A stretch of DNA of 64,000 nucleotides. It comes from an uncultured Methanoregulaceae archaeon. GTDB taxonomy: Archaea > Halobacteriota > Methanomicrobia > Methanomicrobiales > Methanospirillaceae. The stretch lies in assembly GCA_963705255.1 (NCBI GenBank), contig OY970061.1, forward strand, positions 128,001 to 192,000, written 5' to 3'. The notes under the pieces were generated by a model. It searched no databases. It had not been told where the DNA came from and saw nothing but the letters and a program-made list of their open reading frames with translations. Shown piece by piece: positions 53,020 through 64,000 of this stretch. Numbering within the stretch: position 1 is the stretch's first letter; every line of letters starts with the position of its first letter. The translations under genes and the position numbers were made by a program.

Positions 53020-53955
53020 ATGGACATCATTTCCATCATCCTGATCATCGCCGGCCTCTGCCTGTTCGAGACCATAACAAGCATTGACAATGCCATCATC
53101 AATGCCGAAGTGCTCTCGACGATGAGTGAGCGGGCGAAGCGCTGGTTCCTTACCTGGGGGCTGTTGTTTGCGGTTTTTGCGATCCGCGGCCTGCTGCCCT
53201 GGCTGATCGTCTGGCTGTCCAACCCCGCACTCGGCCCGGTCGGGTCATTTACCGCCACATTCTCGAGCGACCCGCGGGTACTCTCCGCGATCGAGCAGTC
53301 CGCCCCGGTTCTCCAGATAGGCGGCGGGACATTTCTCCTCTTTCTCTTCCTGCACTGGCTCTTCCTGGAGGACAAGAACTTCGGCCTTCGCGGGGAGCGC
53401 TTTTTTGCCAGGAACGGGGTCTGGTTCTTCGCCCTCGTCTCGGTCGTCCTCGCGGGCCTTGTCTGGTTCTCGCTCGGGATCAACACCATGGTCGCCTTTG
53501 GTGCCGTGATCGGATCGACAGCATTTTTTATTGTCCACGGGTTCCGGCAGAACGCTGAACATGCAGAGGAAAAGATGCTCCGGACCGATATGACCGATAT
53601 CAGCAAGGTCTTTTACCTTGAGGTCATCGATGCCACGTTCTCCATTGACGGCGTGGTGGGGGCGTTTGCGTTTACCATGGCAGTCCCCCTGATCCTCATC
53701 GGGAACGGCCTTGGTGCACTTGTCGTGCGGGAACTCACCCTTCGCAACGTGGATACCATCCGGAAATATCTGTATCTCAAAAACGGGGCCATGTATTCGA
53801 TCTTCTTCCTCGGGATCATCATGATCCTGGACAGTTCCGGGATGCACATCCCGTTCTGGGTCTCCCCGCTCATCACGTTCGGGGTGGTCGGGTACTTCCT
53901 CGTGAAATCCTTAAAGGAGATCCCGAAAGTCCCGCGGTCCAAGAGAAACGCCTGA
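53020..53955 (+). CDS. DUF475 (TerC-like) membrane protein
   Basis: SIDNAIINA, LEVIDATFSIDGVVGAFA, YLKNGAMYSI. Confidence 0.9.
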   Translation: MDIISIILIIAGLCLFETITSIDNAIINAEVLSTMSERAKRWFLTWGLLFAVFAIRGLLPWLIVWLSNPALGPVGSFTATFSSDPRVLSAIEQSAPVLQIGGGTFLLFLFLHWLFLEDKNFGLRGERFFARNGVWFFALVSVVLAGLVWFSLGINTMVAFGAVIGSTAFFIVHGFRQNAEHAEEKMLRTDMTDISKVFYLEVIDATFSIDGVVGAFAFTMAVPLILIGNGLGALVVRELTLRNVDTIRKYLYLKNGAMYSIFFLGIIMILDSSGMHIPFWVSPLITFGVVGYFLVKSLKEIPKVPRSKRNA

Positions 53956-54078
53956 CGGCATTTCTCCGCGAACCTTTCTTCCGATCCCCCTTCCCGGCAA
54001 TGCATCCGCCGTTTTATGCGCCGGGTCCCTGCTGTACTTTGCCTGTACGGGGACTCCGGGACTCTCCTTTCGGATCTC

Positions 54079-55227
54079 CTAACCCCGGTTCTCCGGACCA
54101 TCCGGGGGTTTCGTGGTTCCGGGCCCGCTCTTCAGCCACCCGTTCAGGATAATTCCGTCGATAACCGGATTCCCGTATAAATTACTGATGATTCCATGCA
54201 TGGGACGGACTGATCCATCCGTGGATTTCATGTGCATGCGGACCGGCCTGACGATCCCGGGGCTGCCCATACTGTCAGCAAGAACCCGTTTCAGGGCCGG
54301 GACCTCCTCTCCCGCCATCAGGTCAAAGATCGGTCTTCCCACAAGAACCTCTGAGTCGTATCCAAGGGTGCGGGCGATGGAAGGGCTCTCATTCCGGATT
54401 GTCCCGTCACTGTTCAGGATCGCAATGATATCTGAGGTCTCTTCAAGGAACGACCGGAAAAATTCCTCGTTCTGGCGTGACAGTTCTGCCGATCTCTTAT
54501 TCCCGGTGACATCCGTGATCGATATCGCGTACAATATGACCTCACCCTCCTGGTTGGTTATCGGATAGACCGACGTCTCAAACCAGCTGCCCCTGATCTC
54601 ATCCTCAAAATGTGACGGGGTTTTTGCGGTCGGGTTCATGTACCAGGCTGCCATCCGGGACGACAAAATCCCCTTCCCGACCAGGTCGGAAACATTGGTG
54701 CCGGCAAATTCGCCGACCTGTTTCCCTGCATAGGTTGCGAACGCTTTGTTCACCGCGAGGAACATGCCGTTTAGGTCGATGAGGAAGAGCATGTCGCCGG
54801 TTGCGTCGAGCAGCACGCGGGTGATCTCTTCACTGATCCGTATTGCATGTTCCATGGCGTGCTTGTACAGCGCCATCTCGATGGTTGTCCTGAGTTCCAT
54901 CTCCCGGAACGGCTTGAGGATATAGCCGAACGGTTCGGTGACCTTCGCTTTGGTAAGGATACTGTCATCGCTGTATGCCGTGAGATAGACGACGGGGATC
55001 CGGAACTCCCTCTTTATGATCCCGGCCGCTTCAACCCCGTTCATCTTTCCCGCGAGCATGATATCCATGAGGATCAGGTCCGGGTGCATCTCCCCGGCTT
55101 TCCGGACCGCCTGCTCACCGGTCATCGCTATCCCACAGACGGAATACCCCATCTCAGTGAGGCTTCTCCGGATATCCATCCCGGTTACTGCTTCATCTTC
55201 AACAATGAGGATCTTTGCGTCGCTCAC
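54079..55227 (-). CDS. response regulator with PAS domains
   Basis: ILIVEDE, PDLILMDIML, YLTAYSD, YILKPF plus two PAS units. Confidence 0.92.
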   Translation of the reverse strand: MSDAKILIVEDEAVTGMDIRRSLTEMGYSVCGIAMTGEQAVRKAGEMHPDLILMDIMLAGKMNGVEAAGIIKREFRIPVVYLTAYSDDSILTKAKVTEPFGYILKPFREMELRTTIEMALYKHAMEHAIRISEEITRVLLDATGDMLFLIDLNGMFLAVNKAFATYAGKQVGEFAGTNVSDLVGKGILSSRMAAWYMNPTAKTPSHFEDEIRGSWFETSVYPITNQEGEVILYAISITDVTGNKRSAELSRQNEEFFRSFLEETSDIIAILNSDGTIRNESPSIARTLGYDSEVLVGRPIFDLMAGEEVPALKRVLADSMGSPGIVRPVRMHMKSTDGSVRPMHGIISNLYGNPVIDGIILNGWLKSGPGTTKPPDGPENRG

Positions 55228-57255
55228 GCGCGATCCCCCCCTGCGGTTTCAACAGGAAATTCGACCCGGAATTCCGTCCCTTCCGTTCCATTCACGGCGA
55301 GGGTTCCCTGGACCTGGTCAACAAGGGAGATCACCAGCTGCATGCCCAGCGTTTCAGCGCGGTTCAGCTCGAACCCTGCCGGCAGCCCGATGCCGTTATC
55401 CCCAATGATAAGGGAATAATGGTCATCCTGCCGCCGCAGGCGGATGGATATCACGCCCGACCGGTCATCGGGGAACGCATATTTCAGTGAATTCGAGATG
55501 AGCTCGTTGATTATCAGGCTGACCGGGATCGCCTTGTGGATCGGGAGAAGGATATTGTCCGCCTGGACATCTATCCGGGCCTTTTCCGGCATGATGCTGT
55601 ACGATCGGAGGAGGTAATCCCCCATTTTCTTCAGGTAATCGCCAAAATTGATCTCGGCAAGGCTTTTTGACTGGTATAATTTCTCGTGGATGAGCGCAAT
55701 GGATGTTACCCGGTTCTGGCTCTCCAGGATCGCTTCCCTGCTCCTCGGATCCCTGATCGTCTTTGCCTGCAGGTTCAGGAGGCTTGAGATCACCTGCATA
55801 TTATTCTTTACCCGGTGGTGGATCTCTTTTAAGAGGATCTCCTTCTCATTCAGCGAAGCTGCGATCTCCTCCTGGAGGGTTTTTCGTTCGGCGATCTCCT
55901 CCTGGAGGTTCCGGGTCAGCTCACTGCAGCTCGGTCGTCCGTTCCTGGACTTTCTGTTCCAGCTCGAAGTAGGTCCTCTGCATGGCATCCTCTGCCCGTT
56001 TCCGGTCGGTGATATCCAGGAAACTCTCCAGGATATACGGATGTCCCGATACGGTGACCGGGACTACGGTTTTTAACACCGGTATCTTTTTCCCGTCGGC
56101 TTTCACCAGAATGCTCTCTACGTTTTCGGCTCTCTTCCTGAGATCAATAACCGGGCACCTGCCTTTTCTTCCATGGCAGATGGAATCTTCGCAGACCGCG
56201 CCGATAATTGCGCTCTTTTTTGTGCCGATCAGCCTCACTGCTGCAGGATTGGCATCTACGATCGTGCGGGTGTTCGGATCGATCATCACCAGGCCGGTCT
56301 GGACGGAATTGAATATTGTCTTGAGATACCGTTCACTGCCCTGTAATTCTTCTTCGGCTTTTTTCCGGTCAGTAACGTCCTCAAAGGTTTCCAGGGCGCC
56401 GATTACCTCCCCCTGTTCATCCCGTACCACAACCGCCGTGAAATGGAGCCAGGTACCGTTCTTTCCGATTTTTGGGAAAAAATCCGTTGCTTCATACGCC
56501 CCTTCGATATACCTGGATGAGCTGTACTTGTCCGGGTACCACGCGGGAATGTTATCGATCTCATTCTCCAGCAGCAGGTCTGCAAGGACCGGACGCTTCT
56601 GGTCATAGAACGCCTTCCATGCAAGGGTCGTCCCGCGGACGTCCCGGGCTTTTACCCCGGTGTATTTTTCGAGTGCCCTGTTCCAGTACATCACCTCGTG
56701 GTTCCGGTTGATCACGAACTGCGGGATGGAAGATCCGTCGATAATCGAGTGGAGCCGCTGCCCGCTGGCCCGGATCGCCTCTTCCATCTGTTTGCGTTCG
56801 GTGATGTCCCGGGCGATGGACAGCGACACCTGCCTGCCATGCAGTGCAAACAGGTGCGTGCTGATCTCGACCGGAAACTCTGTCCCGTCTTTCCGCCGGT
56901 GAATTGCGTCGAAGGTGGCATGCCCCCGGAGCCTGATTGTCCGGGCTATCGCAGGAATGTTTGGGGCGTGGACGGGCGAGACGATCTCGGAAGGCGATTT
57001 TGCGAGCAGTTCCTCCCGAGAATATCCGAGCCGGCTGCAGGCGATGTCATTCACCATGATGTACCGCCCGGGAGAGAAATCCGGCAGCATCTCGTGAAGG
57101 AATAGTGCATCGTTCGCATTCTCGAACAGGGCCCGGAACAGCGCCTCGTTCTCTCTCAGTGCATCGGACGGGCCTTCTTCCACGGAACTTCTGCTGCGGG
57201 GAAGGGAAGGGCCTGAGGACGAGGTCTGCCTTCCATCCCTGCAGTATGTATCCAT
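55224..57255 (-). CDS. multi-PAS histidine kinase (HisKA_2 type), split by a +1 indel near 55926
   Basis: Three PAS units, then LLKEIHHRVKNNMQ, NELISNSLKYAF, DNGIG, LGMQLV. Confidence 0.9.
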
Positions 57256-57406
57256 TGAAAAACACACCCGATCTGTTGTATAAAATGCTGACTATCAATA
57301 GTAGATATATTCCACCTATAAAAACAATGACATTTATTTTCCATCCGGTAAAAAGCGGGGGGAAGGGCGTTGGCATGAATATACCGGCAGGAAGCCGGCC
57401 TGTTGT

Positions 57407-58213
57407 TCATCGCCCGCCATAGGACCTTATGTGCTTCCATGCCCGGTGATAGGGTTCATAGTCCTGATTATCCTCGTCGTATATCCCGGGATCCATCCTC
57501 CCGTACCGGATCCTGTCGTCGCCCACGGGACAGACTTTGATGCAGATCCCGCAGGGGGAAATGAAGCGCTTGGACAGCGCTTCGGACCGGGCTGCACAGG
57601 TCTTCTTGTCGATGAGGCCGTCCGGGTAGTCCCTGCCGCTGATGGCTTTCACGGGGCAGCTGTTCACGCACCTCATGCACCTGGTACACAACGGTCTCTC
57701 CAGGATCGGGTCCTCAGGGAGTTCGGCAGATGTGAATACCGAGGAGAAGCGGACCCTCGGCCCGAGTTGTGGCGTGAGGAGGGTATTGTTCACCCCGAAA
57801 TTCCCGAGGCCGGCGAGGTACGCGGCATGGCGGTGCGAGAAGAAGGCGACCGGCCTTTCCTTAAGGACGCCAATCGACCCGTACCCGTCCCGCGGGATCC
57901 ATACCGAGGGGTATCCTTCCGAGGTGAGGAAGGTCGCTATCCGGTACCCGTCCTGGTCGAGCAGGGCATTGACGGTCCGGTAGAGCTCATGGTAATGGAT
58001 AGAAGGAGTTGTCTCAATTATCGGCAGGCTGACCGGCATCCCGATGACAATGACGGTTTTCACTTCCGGGTAAATTGCCTTCGGTCGGAATTCTTCCGGC
58101 ACCCACGGCTCGAACAGGGGCACGTCCCAGCGCCCGGCCGAAGCAAAGCCCACCAGCGGGATGTCCAGACCCGTACATTTTTCAAGGATCTGCCGCTTCA
58201 GTTCACGGTTCAT
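57407..58213 (-). CDS. epoxyqueuosine-reductase-like (QueG-like) 4Fe-4S protein
   Basis: FSHRHAAYLAGLG..GPRVRF, CTRCMRCVNSCP, CGICIKVCP. Confidence 0.82.
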   Translation of the reverse strand: MNRELKRQILEKCTGLDIPLVGFASAGRWDVPLFEPWVPEEFRPKAIYPEVKTVIVIGMPVSLPIIETTPSIHYHELYRTVNALLDQDGYRIATFLTSEGYPSVWIPRDGYGSIGVLKERPVAFFSHRHAAYLAGLGNFGVNNTLLTPQLGPRVRFSSVFTSAELPEDPILERPLCTRCMRCVNSCPVKAISGRDYPDGLIDKKTCAARSEALSKRFISPCGICIKVCPVGDDRIRYGRMDPGIYDEDNQDYEPYHRAWKHIRSYGGR

Positions 58214-58382
58214 TGCCTGAGCATGGAACGGGCGGTGATAAATCGGTTTGGGGGATATGCGGCTACGGCCTGATCATCGTTGCGCCCTTTCGTTCTCTTC
58301 CGGCACATCCATGGTAAAACACCAGGAGGTGGGGGACAGACATCCCCGGTCCGGGTACCCGGGGACAGCGGCGCCGGTTTTT

Positions 58383-58799
58383 TCACTCACCGGACACGGT
58401 GCAGATGATGGTCCGTTCCCTTCCGGCGTTCACGTCGAGTTCGAGCAGCACGACCTGCTGCCATGTCCCGCACATCAGTCCGTCTTCGGAAAAAGGGAGT
58501 GTCAGCGAAGGGCCGATTATTGATGCTTTCACATGCGACCTGCCGTTACCGTCGCCCCACCGGGCGTTGTGGGCATAGTCTGCGTCATCCGGCGCAAGAA
58601 CGGAGAGTGCACGCCGGAGGTCTGACAGCACTCCCGGTTCGTACTCAATCGTGGTGAGGGCCGCGGTTGAATGCTGGACGAAGAGGTGGACGAGGCCGCT
58701 CTTCACACCGCTCTTCCGTATCGCTGTGCTCACATCCCGCGAGATGTCGATGATGTCGCCCTCGCGCGACGAGATAATCTTCAGGCTGGTCCGGTCCAT
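58383..58799 (-). CDS. yjbQ: YjbQ/UPF0047 family protein
   Basis: HSTAALT, YAHN..DGNGRSHVKAS, GTWQQVVLLELD. Confidence 0.92.
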   Translation of the reverse strand: MDRTSLKIISSREGDIIDISRDVSTAIRKSGVKSGLVHLFVQHSTAALTTIEYEPGVLSDLRRALSVLAPDDADYAHNARWGDGNGRSHVKASIIGPSLTLPFSEDGLMCGTWQQVVLLELDVNAGRERTIICTVSGE

Positions 58800-58919
58800 G
58801 GGTACACCGTATACCTGTCTCGTGCCTCGCGCTTTAAAACAATTCCTGATGTCGTTCGATTTTGAATTATCAGAGCAGTTTTCATAAATGGAAACGATGT
58901 GGTTATCATCTCCAGTCTA

Positions 58920-59145
58920 ATGAGGGTGACCCCCTCTCTCCCCCAGAGGGGGAGGCAACCCAAGGGGAGCACCCCCCTTGACCCCCACCCCCTCTTTGGA
59001 AAATTTTTTATTTTCCTTCTGAGTGACTATCCTATTTTGGGGGATGCCCACGCGGCGGGGGCGGAATCTGAAGGGTCCGTCAGGACCCTGAAGATGAGAA
59101 GAACTCATCAGAGTTCTTCGAAGCACCATGTGCTGGAGCCCCCAA
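58920..59145. repeat. GC-rich multi-hairpin element with GA-flanked modules
   Basis: A GGGGGC..GCCCCC stem (59057-59143) encloses GA[ATCT GA[AGGGTCC-GTCA-GGACCCT]GA AGAT]GA[GAAGAACTC-ATCA-GAGTTCTTC]GA[AGCAC-CAT-GTGCT]. Confidence 0.75.
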
Positions 59146-61742
59146 GAGCGTAGACCTGTGAAATTGAGTAATATCTGGAAAAATAATTAGAACGATAATT
59201 CATGAACCAGATCTCCGGCTTGTCTTTTCTTGCTGGTCCTCCCTCTCCCCATATGAAAAGGAAACTATCCGGTCAGTGACCCCAGTTACTGACATCCAAA
59301 CGATAATCCCTAAGAAAAAAGTTATCCGGCAGGGGTCCCGCTCTCGGCAGGCATCTCGCCGTTCCCCGGATCCGCCGGTACGACGGCGATCCCGACGATC
59401 TTGTCATTCTCGTCGAGGCGCATGATCCTGACGCCTTTTGTCCCGCGTCCGATGATCCGGATCTCGCTGACCGGGGTCCGGATGACAACGCCCGACGCGG
59501 TCATGACAAAGATCTCGTCGGTCTCGGAGACGGCCCGCGACTCGATGACTACGGCGTCGCGTTCGAGCACCATGGTGCGGACTCCCTGCGTTGCCCGCCC
59601 GTGGCCGCGGAAGTCGTCGAACTCGGTCCGCTTCCCGAAGCCGACATCGGAGATGGTGAGGAGGGTGTGGTCGTTATCCACGAGGGTGATCGCGCAGACC
59701 GTGTCCTCCTTGACCCGGAACCGCATGCCGATAACCCCTGACGCGTTCCGTCCCACCACCCTGACGCTCTCTTCGTGAAAGCGGAGGCCGTACCCGAAGC
59801 GGGTGGAGAGGACCACCTCACGGGTGTTGTCGGTCGTGATGACGTCCACGAGCTGGTCGCCCTCCTTGAGCCGGATTGCGTTCGTGCCGGTAGACCGCGG
59901 GTTGGCGAACTCGTCCTGCGGCACCTTGATGACCTGCCCCTTCTTCGTGGCGAAGAGGAGGTACCGGTCCTTTCGGAACTCGCGGATGGGGATGACGGTC
60001 GTGATCACCTCGTCCTTCAGGTTGAGGAGGTTGACGATCGGCTTGCCCTTGGCAACGCGGGAACTCTCGGGGATCTGGTAGACCTTGAGCCAGTAGACCC
60101 GCCCGATGTTCGTGAAGCAGAGGAGATAGTCCTTCATCTCCGCGGCAAAGACCGAGCTCACGACATCGTCTTCCTTCGTGGTCATCCCGGTGACGCCGTG
60201 GCCGCCCCGCTTCTGTTTGCGGTAGGAGTCGAGGTCCATCCGCTTGATGTAGTTGGTCTTCGTGATCGAGACGAGAACGGTCTTGTCCTCGATGAGATCC
60301 TCGGTCGAGAGCTCGCTGGTGTCGAGGGCGATCTGGGTCCTCCGCTTGTCGCCGAACTTTGCCGCGATCTCGCCCGTCTCGCGCCGGATCTCGTCCCTGA
60401 TGTTCGCCTCGCTCGCAAGGATTGTCTCGAGCCGTCTGATCTCGGCCTCGAGCCCCTTCTTCTCATCCGTGATCTTCTGCTGCTCGAGGGCAGCGAGACG
60501 GCGGAGCTGCATCTGGAGGATCGCGTTCGCCTGCGGCTCGGTAAGGCCGAACCCGGCAATGAGCGCGAGCCGTGCGTTGTCCACGGTATCGGATCCCCGG
60601 ATAGCCGCAATGATCTTGTCGATCTTCGCGAGGGCGATGAGCAGCCCGTTCAGGATGTGGACCTTCTCCTGCGCCTTCCTGAGGTCGAACTCGGACCTGC
60701 GCCGGATCACCTCGATCCGGTGCTGGACGAAGTGGCCGAGGAGGGCGTGGAGGTTGAGGATCTTCGGCTGGCCGTCTACGATGGCGAGGTTGGATGCCCA
60801 GAAACTGGACTCGAGCGCGGTATTCTTGTAGAGGTTGTTCAGGATGACCGGCGACATCGTGCCCTTCCGGGAGCTCGAAGACGACCCGTATGCCCTCCTT
60901 GTCGGACTCGTCGCGGATGTCGGAGATACCGTCGATCCGCTTCTCCTTCACCATCTCGGCGATCCCGGTGATCCACTGGGCCTTGTTCACCTGGTACGGG
61001 AGCTCGGTGACGATGATCCGGTCGCCCCGGTTCCCGCCATCGTTCTCCTCGATCTCCGCGACCCCGCGGACGACCACGCGGCCCTGGCCGGTGGTATAGA
61101 TGTTCTTGACGCCCTCGACGCCCATCAGGATGCCGCCGGTCGGGAAGTCCGGGCCCGGCATGATCCGGAGGAGGTCCTCGACCGGGACCTCCGGGTTGTC
61201 GAGATAGGCCGAGACCGCCGTGCAGACCTCCCCGAGGTTGTGCGGGGGCATCTTCGTCGCCATGCCGACCGCGATCCCGTCCGTCCCGTTGACGAGCAGG
61301 TTCGGGATCTTTGCCGGGAGCACGGTGGGCTCCTGGAGCGACTCGTCGTAGTTCGGGATGAACTTCACGGTGTCCTTGTCGAGATCCTCGAGAAGCGCTT
61401 CCGCGTACGGGAAGAGCCGGACCTCGGTGTACCTGCTCGCTGCTGCGGTGTCGCCGTCCACGGAACCGAAGTTGCCCTGCCCCTGGACCAGCATGTGGCG
61501 GTACGAGAAGGGCTGGGCCATCTTGACAATCGTGTCGTAGATGGACGCGTCTCCGTGCGGGTGGTACTTACCCATCACGTCCCCGACCACCCTCGCGCTC
61601 TTCCTGGTGGGCTTGTCGCTCGTGTTGCCCATGTCCCACATGCCGTACAGCGAACGGCGATGAACGGGTTTGAGGCCGTCGCGGACATCGGGAATGGCAC
61701 GCTGGATGATGACCGACATCGCGTAGTTGATGAACGAGGTCT

Positions 61743-63931
<2,189 letters not shown>

Positions 63932-64000
63932 TTATCACAATAACTATTGGGTCCCGGATATTATAAAGAATACCGTCTGAAAAATGAGGTCTCTGGTTTA

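Noticed and set aside
55915-55930. TGA read-through (selenocysteine) in the histidine kinase
   Set aside because: The downstream kinase domain is in a different frame, and a one-base insertion explains the break

Overview
This 64-kb window is archaeal. Gene content (fae-hps fusion, Hef, UPF0147/UPF0148, DUF2115, archaeal glyS, gyrB/gyrA, PEGA and COG1361 surface proteins, REC-PAS proteins) points to a Methanomicrobiales methanogen, Methanoregula-like by inference. It holds about 55 protein genes, mostly housekeeping, transport and signalling, plus an intron-containing tRNA-Trp(CCA) whose intron carries a box C/D guide RNA. About 15 single-base frameshifts, including in glyS, gyrA and gyrB, most likely reflect sequencing indels rather than pseudogenes. 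The main unexplained signal is non-coding: about 20-30 bp mini-hairpins follow a fixed grammar, GA[stem-loop-stem]GA on one strand and TC[...]TC on the other, often with C(GNA)G, C(GTAA)G or C(ATCA)G loops. They occur singly, nested and in arrays at eight or more loci. They sit inside other structured elements: the tRNA intron and at least two dispersed repeat families, for which both empty and filled copies are present in the window. Other observations: an AT-rich HEPN-like gene next to a PD-(D/E)XK-like gene, a Trypco2-like orphan, a hicBA pair bracketed by repeats, a 41-aa TFS-like zinc-ribbon ORF absent from the ORF track, a three-copy XRE operator, an AguB-AguA fusion, and a gyrB/gyrA junction one base away from an in-frame fusion.
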